A stretch of 64,000 bases of DNA from Epithemia pelagica (lineage: Eukaryota > Protista > Bacillariophyta), in NCBI GenBank assembly GCA_946965045.2, contig OX337228.1:2046001-2110000 (forward strand). Reading direction: 5' to 3'. Shown here piece after piece: positions 44,421 through 54,972 of the stretch. How positions within the stretch are numbered: position 1 is the stretch's first letter; every line of letters starts with the position of its first letter. Below the pieces are notes generated by a model, which saw only the letters and a list, made by a program, of their open reading frames with translations, did not search any database and was not told the DNA's origin. A program made the translations under genes and the position numbers.

Positions 44421-44957
44421 CTATTCTTTTGGTTTCATCGCGCTAAGGGCCTCAGCAAGGTCCTCTTGGAGCGCCGCATACTTTTCAGAAACCCCTTTGT
44501 TTGTGTTTTCAATTCCATCCATGATACATTCCTTTACGGCTTCCGAGAGATCTTCTGGTGACGCTGACCCGAAAAATTCGTCATCGAAATCAAAGGACAC
44601 TGCTTCGTAATCAGGGTTTGGGTCCATGGGGTTGGTGGCAGGCACGTATTTGAAGGATGCTTTGACCTTTCCGTTGGAACTTTCTCCTGCGAAATCCATC
44701 TTCTTCAACTCCTCGTCAATTTTCCCTCTTTTCTGTGCAATTTCTTGAGCTTTCTTGATCATGGCAAGTTGATCCATGAATCCTGGTCCCTTTTTCTCAC
44801 CACCGCCTCCGCCGCCGCCAAAGAGATCGAGAGGCGCATATCCACTAATAGTACGACTTGATGCTGGAGTCTGACTTTGAATGCTGAACGCAGCAGCAGA
44901 TCCCAGGACGAGCAATACGCATATCGCTGTCGTTTGAAGAACTCTCATCATTGTCAT
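44421..44957 (-). CDS. Second YbaB/EbfC-family protein, probably plastid-targeted
   Basis: Signal peptide SAAA|FSIQ; IKKAQEIAQK...EELKKMDFAGESSNGKVKA matches the YbaB pattern. Confidence 0.78.
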   Translation of the reverse strand: MTMMRVLQTTAICVLLVLGSAAAFSIQSQTPASSRTISGYAPLDLFGGGGGGGEKKGPGFMDQLAMIKKAQEIAQKRGKIDEELKKMDFAGESSNGKVKASFKYVPATNPMDPNPDYEAVSFDFDDEFFGSASPEDLSEAVKECIMDGIENTNKGVSEKYAALQEDLAEALSAMKPKE

Positions 44958-45169
44958 GATTGTTTGGATTGACACAAGATGCGTCTGACGAGAGATATAC
45001 ATTTTCTAGGGGATCTATCTGCATTCGTTCAACCACAAGCTTTGAATTTTGAAAATCAAAGATATTGTCGTCTGTCTATCTCCCGTTTTCTCAGTCACCG
45101 ATCCACGCCATCAATTTTCTATTTTGCCTCACTTTTTCCATCCAATCGCTCTTGTTGGGACGATGAACC

Positions 45170-47728
45170 ATGTCCGGTGAACTTTTCATTCAGCAACGAA
45201 GAGAAAGACGAAAGAAAAAGAAAGGGCAACACAAAGAGTCAAACGATGTGAAAGCTTCTGAGGAACCTTTGATTGCTGCTTCTCCGATGTCTAAAGGACG
45301 CAAGAGGAAAGATGCCAAGGTGACATTGTCGAATTCGACCAAGACGAGAAAGAGTGGTGGTGGCAAGAAGCAGAAGATCGACCCATACTCTCATCTTGAC
45401 ACGGAAACAGCCCTCGCTATGAGAAAAGACGATGCTGAAATTGCTGCATTGGAAGCGAAACTTGGTCTTTCCAACTCCCGCGAAAAGAAAAAGCTTTTCA
45501 AAGAACTAAAACACGAAGGATATGGTGACGACTTTGGCGAGTTTCTAGATGGTCTCGACAGTATGGTGGGGCGCCTACAGTCAAATGGTGACGAGAGTCG
45601 TGAAGGATATGATGAAAATTCATCTACTGTTTTGGATGACAAATCAATTGAGGAAACGTCAACTGGTGATAGTGATGACTTCGATGAAGATGCGCGTAGT
45701 GACGACGATCCTGAAAATGAGAAAGATGAGGCTGTTCCAATGGCGTCCCCTGCAGCAAATAGTCCGGAGAAAGATGAAAGCGAAGACGACGAAGTCGCGC
45801 ACGGTGCATCGGACGACACAATGAAACTTGAGAATCTTCCCGACCACAACCCTGACGACACGTACGGACCTGCCGTTGGTGAGGATATATACGGAAACGT
45901 TGTCGATAACCCTTCGAAGCCTGGAAAATTGTCCAAATATGTTCCCCCTCACATGCGAATCGAGAGCTCCACGACCGCCATCGACAATGCGGAATCTCTT
46001 GCTCCAATCAAAAAGGCACTAAACAATTCTTTCAATCGATTGTCTGAAAATACACTTGTTACCGTCGCACAGTCAATTGCGAGAATTTATGCCAGCCATC
46101 CTACTGGGAATGTCAATTCTTGCATCTGGGAGAATATAAACAATGCATGTATTGCAAGGTCCTACTTGATGACTGGTCTTGTTCCGATTTACGCAGCCGC
46201 AGTTGTTGGGGTTCACATTCAGAAAGGAGATTCAGCCCACCTTGGAGAATACTTGATCGAAATGGCAGTTCGGAATTTTGATAAGGAGCTTGCTCATGAA
46301 CGCGAAAAGAAACTGTGTGCAGATGACGAAGAGCACGCATCAAATCAGGATACAAACGACCTCGAGAAACGGGTGTTCAATCTGATGCTGCTTCTCTGCT
46401 ACCTGTACAATTTTGATGTGGTTCATTGCAATCTCATCTATGATGTGATCAGAGAGCTTATTAAGAGCTTCAAGGAGGTTGATATAGAGCTTCTTTTGAT
46501 TATACTGAGTCATGTGGGCCGGTCGCTTCGATCAGATGATCCATCTGCGTTGAAGGAAATAGTACTCGATGTACAGAAGAGAGCCTATGATAGCAAGCAC
46601 AATTCACAGCAGAGCTCACGAGTCACCTACCTCGTTTCTGCTGTAGTCGATCTCAAGAATAATAAGAGAAGGCAACAAGACGTTACGTTTGCAGAGAAGA
46701 CATCTCAGTTAAGAAAAGTTATTGGACGCATCAAAACTCTTGTGGCAACGAACAACGGAAACGTGCGCTCAAGTGACTCATCTCTTCGAATCAGATTGAA
46801 GGATATCCTTGAAGCAGAAGGGAGGGGAAGATGGTGGCGTGTGGGTGCTGCATGGGAGGGGAATCAACACGTCTCTGGTGAAACCAAGGACAGCTCGAAA
46901 TCATCTAGCAACGATCTCAGATCACCGCCTGCATACATTAAAGAAGAGCAAGACATGGAGAGAAAACTCTTGGATCTGGCAGCAAAGTATCGGATGAATA
47001 CAGACACAAGGTAAGTTGTCGTTTCGCTGGGATTCACTCTGAACGTTAGACACTCAACTCGCTGCATAAATCGAAGACGAGCGATCTTTTGTATTATTAT
47101 GGGTTGCTCAGATTTCGAAGATGCGTTCGAAAAACTTGTAAAAGCAGGCATGCTGAAGAACAAGTCCGAGAGAGAGACCTCCCGTGTTTTGATGGAATGC
47201 TGTGGCAATGAGAAGACGTACAATAATTTCTATGCACACTTGGCGAAGCGTATATGCGAATACCAAGCTCAATCAAAGTTCACATTACAACTTGCCTACT
47301 GGGACTCATTCAAACAGATGGAGAACATGAAAGCACGAAAGGCTGCTAACTTGGCAAAGCTTCTGTTTGCTCTTGTATTGGAGCATAGAGTTCTAAAGCT
47401 CAACGTGCTGAAGGGGATTGATATGAGCTCCCCCGAGGATCTATCAGAAACTACCATGATTTTTCTCTCTATTTTCTTCACAAAGGTGATGGAGTACTTT
47501 GACGATCCGGCTGATGCGAGTTTGTTCTTTGACTCGGGTCTTCAGAGACGAGTGATGCATGAATCAGAAAGTGGGGATGCCGACGAAACGGAGGCTTTGT
47601 ATGCAAGCCTAACTTTATTCTTTGTTCAAGTGCTCAAGTCAAGCCCAAAATACAAGAAAGGATCGAAATTTCGGGCCAATTTGAAAGCAACCATCAAGGC
47701 ATGCGATGCTGATAATTTTTTCATTTGA
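45170..47728 (+). CDS. NOM1: Nucleolar MIF4G/MA3-domain protein (NOM1/Sgd1); intron 47011-47076
   Basis: KYVPPHMR, NRLSENTL, GRSLRSDDPSALKEI, MNTDT-RRAIFCIIMG, CCGNEKTYNNFY. Confidence 0.9.
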
Positions 47729-47813
47729 GCTTACGAGCCCCGTGAGGTTGGGAGTTCCAAGACAATCTGTGGTCTCTCCACCACCAGGACATGGGAGTGA
47801 CACCGATAACTGA

Positions 47814-48746
47814 TCAACTCTGCTCATGCTCCTCAGCTTCATAAGTGGCTCTTTTTCTGTCAGGTAGAACTGCTTGGAAAGCTTTTCTCCAGTCTTTCAG
47901 TTCCTTAAACTTGATAAGGATATCGAAGACATGGTTTACTGTCAAAACTTTCGTTGTCTCCATTTCCTTGAGGTATTTCTCAAGGGGTAGCTTGGCAGTC
48001 GAAACTCCTAAGGATTCTGCACGGTTCAGCGCAGCCTTCCTTAAGCGATTTCGGTCAACTATACCGCCGATAACATAGATTTTATCTCTCTCAAGGTTCT
48101 GCAAAACGGTGTCGGAATCGCTGGTCAGATAGACAAGCGAGGGCATTTTAGATGAAAAGTATTCCCCCAACGAAACGCCTGTACATTTGAAGCCGTAACC
48201 ACCCCATTCTCCAAAACCTGAAACATTTTGCAAATGTTGTAATGATTCTCCGGTGACGTTTGTTGCATGAAGATAGCAAGGGGTTGGACTTCTCCGATTC
48301 AATGCGTAACAGTATCTCAACTGTTGGGCCAGACTGTTAATTTCTCGTGCTGTCATATGATGCTCAAAGCTACAGTCGATGGAAACCTGAAAAGAAGAAG
48401 ACGCTTGAATCATTTTCTGTTCCCATTTTTCAAGCCTTCTCTTTTTCCCTTCTCCGATTGCTGCTCGACGAAGCATCTCCTCTCGTTCTTTATTCAAATC
48501 TCTGCCTTCAGCTTTCGCTTTTGCGTGTTTGGCGTCCTTCTCTTGCTGCTTTCTTCTTCTCTTCACTTCCAATTTCCGTTCCCATCTCCTCATTTTCTTC
48601 TGCTGATTCTTTGACAGCAATGCTCGCTTGTTTCCTGAATCATTTGCCTCAGCTCCCAGAGGGGTCGAGTTTGCAGTCGAGTTTTCAGTTGAAGACTCCT
48701 TCCGTTCCGTCTCGCTTTTGTCTATTTGATTTTCAGTTTCTGACAT
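47814..48746 (-). CDS. TRMT10: tRNA m1G9 methyltransferase (TRM10, SPOUT); start could extend to 48959
   Basis: IDCSF...M, LVYLTSDS, YVIGGIVDRNR, TAKLPL, VLTVNHVFDIL. Confidence 0.9.
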   Translation of the reverse strand: MSETENQIDKSETERKESSTENSTANSTPLGAEANDSGNKRALLSKNQQKKMRRWERKLEVKRRRKQQEKDAKHAKAKAEGRDLNKEREEMLRRAAIGEGKKRRLEKWEQKMIQASSSFQVSIDCSFEHHMTAREINSLAQQLRYCYALNRRSPTPCYLHATNVTGESLQHLQNVSGFGEWGGYGFKCTGVSLGEYFSSKMPSLVYLTSDSDTVLQNLERDKIYVIGGIVDRNRLRKAALNRAESLGVSTAKLPLEKYLKEMETTKVLTVNHVFDILIKFKELKDWRKAFQAVLPDRKRATYEAEEHEQS

Positions 48747-48996
48747 CGTTATTAGTCTTCTGTTTCTGATAGTTGCGGTTATTATAGATGAAGCTTCACA
48801 GAGGGGTTTTCTTTTTACTTGCGTCGTCCTGAGGGTTGATTTTAACAGCCGCAGAAATATCGCATCGCAACGCGACGCTGAAAACTGAAAATCCATAATC
48901 GATACGCGATAGAAGCGCTTCCTTCGACTTCCCCAGGTGTACTCCAGTTGCCGTTCCACAATGTCCGGTGTACAGACAGACGTTCCTGTTGCATCG

Positions 48997-49040
48997 CTAC
49001 CTACTCCTACTCCTCTAGGTACCTACCTAGGTAGGAGTAG
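48997..49040 (-). promoter_or_regulatory. CTAG-rich hairpin containing GGAGTAGGTAG (minus strand) and the 14-bp palindrome cctacctaggtagg (49022-49035)
   Basis: ctactcctac pairs with gtaggagtag. Lies between the ISIP2-like stop and the TRM10 start. Confidence 0.45.
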
Positions 49041-49150
49041 AAGTACAAGAGAAATAAAGAGTTCGTCTCATACTACAGATTACGGATATGCAACTAAACG
49101 TTGCGATGATAGGATCAACTCTAACACCATCGGATAGAAATCGAACCCTT

Positions 49151-50791
49151 TCATGTCATCGTGTGCCTCATCTCAACTGATTCATCGTCGCTGTCGCTGT
49201 CATAATCATCGGTGTAGACGCTTCGCTGTTTTCGCTGTTGCTTCGCGAAACGCCGCTTGCATGCGTAACGTGAGAGAACGCCAAAAATAGCCACCGCCAG
49301 AGCAACGATTGCCAAGAGATGCATGGAAACAAAGCCGGATTCCTCCTCTATGTCAGACTTATCCGGCTGATAGCACGATTCAGCTCCTTCAACGTAGTTG
49401 CCTGCGTCCTTGTCCCAGATACCGCCAATATCCTTGCATGTGACACCCATGCATCGGTAGTTTGATTCAAAAATGCTCTTCGTACGAGCAAAGCCACTTT
49501 TTGCCATGGTAACCAAGGGATTTGCTTGTTCGACAACATAAAGTGACTCAACAGGATCACACTCAAACAAAAGAGGAAGGACTGAAGTAGAGAACACAAC
49601 ACGCTCAGCTCGTGATTCCATAAAATCCCTTTCCGCATCAAGTTTGATCGCCAACAGAGTTGCTTGAAGCAGAGGCACGGACATTTGGTGGGCAATGGCT
49701 TCCTTCCCCATCTTTGCTTCATGGCAATGACTGGCATCCAGGTCCTTTTGGAAGGCGTTGAACTCTTTAAAGATGTCAATGTTGACGTTTGCTGGCCCTT
49801 TCAACTTAAGTGCATCACTACCGCAAGTACGAAATTCTCCACACATTTTTTCACCAAGCCCGTAATTGAGATTTCCTTTCCCATTTTCTTGATACAGGGC
49901 GCCAGTATAGAGCGCAACTGCTGCATCAAGAGAGTGGATTGATGCCGCATTGCAACCAGAGGAACCACATCGATGGTCGCAGTTGAACAATGCCGTTTCG
50001 AGCTCACGAATAACAAAGAGACCAAGGATTGAAAAGGCGGCAGTATGAACAATGATGGAACGCCGGGCTCGTAGCGAAAACTGCGAAAAATCCAACGCCA
50101 TATGCTGTCCAACGTACTTCCCCCCATTGAAAGCAGCCTTGATGATTTGATCCGCAAAGTCTGGGGACCCAAAAAAGTCTACTTGTTTTTGAAAGTCTTT
50201 AAAGTAGGTGGCATGTGTGTTTCCATGAGGGCGGAATTTGGAATGGGCATTTCGGCTGAGATTTTCAATCGTGTGGTAATTTCGAATGTCCGTGAGTGTA
50301 TAGCTGTAACGAATCTTTTCTGGACGGCCTTCAACAACCAACTCTCCATCAGACTCCAAGCAGCCATTCAGCTCTGGAACTGGTATGCCTGACATGCGGC
50401 ATGGTGTTTCACCCCGGAAAGCGATTTCGATTTGTGATGCCCCTGCTTTATAGGAACTGAAAGCGACTGTTACTATTGTATGTCGCCCTTCATTGTCAAC
50501 ACCCGTCAACGTTGTTCCCTTTGAAATATCAAAGGGGAGTCCATCTTGAACCGTGATTAGAGTAAACGGGTCAGAGTAGGCCCCTTGTTGATAGATTTTT
50601 AGCGCCTTTTGGAATCCTTCATCGGTTTCTTCTTGAAGAGCGCTGTCGATGGCCCTGAGGTCTTCCCCAAGGGCAAGGTATGCTGCCACATCGTTTTGAG
50701 GTTGATAATCACCGATTGAGGCATACTTGCCGCTAGTGATGCATGCCGATGCGACAAGGAATGAAACAATCAGCTTTGTCTTAGTCCACAT
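49151..50791 (-). CDS. ISIP2/FEA1-like (low-iron-inducible periplasmic family) type I membrane protein
   Basis: Signal peptide MWTKTKLIVSFLVASAC; DYQPQNDV; LDAAVALYTG; NYGLGEKMCGEFRTCG; MSVPLLQATL; single C-terminal TM and short cytosolic tail. Confidence 0.65.
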   Translation of the reverse strand: MWTKTKLIVSFLVASACITSGKYASIGDYQPQNDVAAYLALGEDLRAIDSALQEETDEGFQKALKIYQQGAYSDPFTLITVQDGLPFDISKGTTLTGVDNEGRHTIVTVAFSSYKAGASQIEIAFRGETPCRMSGIPVPELNGCLESDGELVVEGRPEKIRYSYTLTDIRNYHTIENLSRNAHSKFRPHGNTHATYFKDFQKQVDFFGSPDFADQIIKAAFNGGKYVGQHMALDFSQFSLRARRSIIVHTAAFSILGLFVIRELETALFNCDHRCGSSGCNAASIHSLDAAVALYTGALYQENGKGNLNYGLGEKMCGEFRTCGSDALKLKGPANVNIDIFKEFNAFQKDLDASHCHEAKMGKEAIAHQMSVPLLQATLLAIKLDAERDFMESRAERVVFSTSVLPLLFECDPVESLYVVEQANPLVTMAKSGFARTKSIFESNYRCMGVTCKDIGGIWDKDAGNYVEGAESCYQPDKSDIEEESGFVSMHLLAIVALAVAIFGVLSRYACKRRFAKQQRKQRSVYTDDYDSDSDDESVEMRHTMT

Positions 50792-51137
50792 TTCCGTCAA
50801 TGTTGGATGGCTTGTCTCTATCTTCGATATGTGCATCGATATTGATGTCGATTCTTCAGATTTCCCCATCCAAGTTAAGTTCCCGTTGTTTGGATGGGAC
50901 TATTTCATGCACAGCTGCCCTTACTGCCCTTATGACCTCAGGGTCTTCCTCGTCATCAGGGTACACTAAATAATACCAAATACTCGATACTCAAAAGGGG
51001 AAAATGTGAAAATGTGGATGTCCGTAGTCCGTAGAGTCCGTAAGTCGACCGAAATATGGGAACTTGAGCTCCACCCACCATACCATCCATGTGCGTTGCC
51101 TCCACCAGCGTCTTCTGTGTACAAAATTGTTTCTACC

Positions 51138-51593
51138 ATGTCGAGCAAAGTCGTTCGAATGCTGCTGCGGTCGACTGATCCCAGCAAAATCAACTCTGAA
51201 TCAGAGGAGAAAACCTCATACCAAAAGAATCCACGCTATTATGAGTCCAGTTCTGATACTGTCTCCGAAAAGGAGTTGATAGATATGCAGGTAAACAAAC
51301 TGTTGAGCCTGGATCAGGTCGGCGCGAGTACAAAAACTTTGACGAGCCGAAAACACACTTCGAAACGTCGGAAGAAGGATGAAACACCGATTGATTCGAG
51401 TATGATCCTTACCAATAGCCGAGGCAGTGTAATGGTTGCAAAGCGAGTTCCCATCCCCACCTTCAATAAGCACAGGGCAGAAAAAGAGAAGAAGGACGCT
51501 TACTTTAAGATGATTGCAAAGAAACTACAAAAAGAAGACAAGGAGAAAAAGAAACGGAAAAGGAATCAAAGGTCACTAGATCAAAACGAGTGA
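51138..51593 (+). CDS. Hypothetical lysine-rich protein, possibly nucleolar
   Basis: accATGt start; basic C-terminus KKEDKEKKKRKR; no family recognised. Confidence 0.55.
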   Translation: MSSKVVRMLLRSTDPSKINSESEEKTSYQKNPRYYESSSDTVSEKELIDMQVNKLLSLDQVGASTKTLTSRKHTSKRRKKDETPIDSSMILTNSRGSVMVAKRVPIPTFNKHRAEKEKKDAYFKMIAKKLQKEDKEKKKRKRNQRSLDQNE

Positions 51594-51674
51594 GATTAAT
51601 CATTAATCTTCCAATCCATCTGGTGATGTGGGACTCTTTATTGGAGAACTGCTGTGGGCTGTAAACGAATAATT

Positions 51675-54306
51675 TTATGGAACCCCAAGGATCCCACGCA
51701 AAGCGCGAGATCCTCGAATTTCCAGTACTTCGACGGCTACCATTTGCACCACCGACTGTAATTCTTCCAACAGTGGGCCTGCGTCCCTTTGGGTTCGTGC
51801 ATCGGCCATGAAACTGATAGCTCCACGGAAAAGCTCGACGATCGCTTCCATTCGAGCTCCTCCGCTGTTTTTATTCCCCATCAGAAGCTGTAAATCACAA
51901 CAAACATTGGTGTGAGCAAATTAAGCTCTCAAATCTAACGCTCACATATCAGTTCTTACCGCCTCTTGAAAAGTCTCTAGCAGAATTTGAATCTCTTCCA
52001 TTCGTCGCTTGTTTACTGGACCAAGCATGCCTGGCATTTGGGGTAGCATTGGAGCTGAACGGAGTAAATTGGCTTCCAAAGAACTTGCGCTTCCATCGAT
52101 CGCTTCGGCTAATTCGTGCACCAATGGCTTCTTCAAAAATAACCCAGTCCGACTGGTCAAGAACTGTCCAAAAAGTTCAATGGTTTGTCGCGAAATGGCG
52201 GACTTGTCGTCACTTTCAGCCGCTGTCGGGTCGTAGGCTTTGCTTGCAGTCTGGGCCAATCGTAGAAAGTCTCGTAACCTTTCCCATTCAATCTCTTGTC
52301 CCAATCCTTCAACTGTCAGTAGACGGACAAGAAGCTTCTCCAACGAGGCAGGCAGACCTGCTCCTTGTGGTGAGAGTAGCTGCCGCAAAACATATGGATA
52401 CGCACCACGAACGAGTTTGAAGTTGGGGTCAACACTTAGGGCGACTCCTTCCAGGATGGTCAAGCTGCGGATGATAATCGTGAAGAACGGTGGTGTGGCA
52501 AATCTCAATATGTTCTCTCGGCTAATATTGTCCAATTCAGCTTGTAATCGGGCAAAATTCACGTCGGATGCTTTACCTGTGCCACCCGTTGCATCCCGGA
52601 GGGCTTTCCTCAATCGAGGTACCAGGGCGTCCAACTGTGTTGTGTCTTTTAGAAAGCCAAGCTGAAAATAGGGGATCACGATGATGTGAGACTATAATCA
52701 CTCTCCTCCTTTCGGTGCTTGCAGCAGATAGGCTTACCTTTAGCAGATTCTCTGTGACCAGCGGAAGGTCTTTGTTTTGTAAACCAATTACAAGTCCGAA
52801 TAAACCGTATCTGTCTTCCTCGTCCATGTCAGCCATCATACCAAAATCCTACACGTTGGAAAAAATCACGTGAGCGAAATATTCCACATTCGAAACAAGC
52901 CGACCAACCATGCACAAACGTGATAACTTACGATGAATGCTAGCTTTCCATCGGGCGTTTTGAGAAGATTTCCTGTGTACCATCACTTACATGAGAACGT
53001 CTCACAACGGTTGCGACACAAAAAGTCACAGTAACTTACCACGATGAGGGTCACCATGGAATAATCCCGTCGCCATGAGTTGATCGACTGAACAACGAAG
53101 CCCTATCCTGACCATATCAATGCCATCTTTGCCATTCCATGGTCCTTTCTCTCCTTCCACCCATTCCATAACGAGAACACGACGTCGGGTCAACACTGTG
53201 CATGCCCTTGGCACTCGCAGATCGCTCCAGTCACCATACAGATCTCGAAACCGTTCACAGTTGTTTGCTTCTCTTAGATAATCAAGTTCTCCAAATAGTT
53301 GCATTCCGAAAGCATCAGCGATTTGTGGCAGATCACCTCCTCGAACTTTGCTCAGCCACATTGCAGTTCGACGTAGCAAGTACATATCAAGAGAAGCAGA
53401 TGCCTCCACGTCCGGTCTTTGAATCTTGATGGCGACAACCTTTCCGCCCCATATGCTAGCTTCCTCTGGACCGATCGCTGCTTCGAGTTTGGCCCCTCGG
53501 CGAATTCTGGCTTTATATACTTGTCCAATTGAAGCACTCGCAACAGCACGATTCCCGTTGTAAAATTCAAATAGACCTAGAATATCATCGGATTCAACAA
53601 GTTTCTCAGTCGTCGAAAGTTTTCTTTTCTTCTTGGTTTTTCTGTCATCGGTATTTTTCCATATTTTTCTCGTTGTCTTTAACCTTGGATAAATGTCACC
53701 AAGCTCTTTTTTCATAATTTTCATAGCCTCCATGTCAGAAAAGGACCCAACAGCATCAACAAGTTTCCCCAGTTCATCCGCCCATATCTTATTTCGGATG
53801 ATGTCTGGTCTCAGACTTAGTGCCTGGCCAGATTTGATAAGCGCGACACTTTTCGACTGGATGAGATGATTTCGAAGTTCTTCACCACGCTTCCGTTGCA
53901 CCGCTTCATTCTCTGAAGCTCCGAATGCCTTGTCCATGAGAAGTCGCATGTACCATCCCAGGAGAGGAAACCCAAGAGAGTTCAGGCGCCATCCCACCTG
54001 TAACGGTCTTCTATCATAGAAATCTTCGATCGCGGAGGCATCGTAGCCTGTTATTGGCATTGGTTTTGTTTTCTCTCGCAATCCTACGATTCCCGATCCC
54101 TGGGAAGATATTGCGAATTGAGATTGAGGTGAGTTCAAAGTATTTTGGGAGGATGCGGGCGAAGGCCGTTGTTTCCATGTACGCCCATTTGAAGCTGAAA
54201 GGACAAATCTAGGGACTTTCCCATTAGAGACACGTGTGTTGAAGCACAAGCCATCTCTTATCATCAAAACCACGACAGAAGCCGCAAAAACAATGCGAAG
54301 GCGCAT
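51675..54306 (-). CDS. ABC1/UbiB atypical kinase, probably plastid-targeted; 5 exons (54306-53040, 52972-52932, 52848-52738, 52661-51960, 51887-51675)
   Basis: ASASIGQVY, VAIKIQRP, ELDYLREA, LVMEWV, FHGDPHR-GNLL, FI-DFGMM, FFTIIIRSLTILEGVALSVDPNF; presequence GLC|FN. Confidence 0.88.
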
Positions 54307-54972
54307 AGCTGGATGGTTGATCTTATGGGGCATGAAAGTGTCAAGTAAGATACCTTTCGATTTTCGATGGCACCAACAAGAAAATGCCCATACATGCCGA
54401 ATAGAGGTTGAAGAACAAAAAGTCGTGGCATGTGCACATTGTGGATATCCTAAATTCTTACCTCCTAGCACTAGCAAGAGCAAGTAACGGAGCCGGAAAA
54501 ATGAGCGACTCAAACGTTCTTATTTGTGCTTGGGAGTACCTAAAACCTGAATCCTCTGAAAGTGACATGTCCGGGTGGTTTGAGTCGCAGATTATCTTTC
54601 TCGAGCAATAAGGTTACAAGGGTTTTTTTCTTACTCATAGCTCATGGGAGTAATTCCATAGGAGTAGATATGGGATAGGGGGAATATTATTGTGCGTGCG
54701 AAGCATGAGCATCATAATATATTGACAATTACTCTTATGATGTATGGGCGGGAAGAAGGAGGAGGAACAAGGCCAGAAGATCGGTGCTCCACGATGCTCC
54801 GTATCCGGCCATGTATATGCATGGGCTTGTAGGAATATTTCGGAGCACGGCACCATCCGGGCTTTTCGCTTTATATGCAAGCAGTACCCCTAAAGGTTCC
54901 TTCTCTGGAGGTAGTCACTAGAATCCACCTACTCTAGCCATACAGCTCTCGGAGAACTTGCTACTCCTTGGA

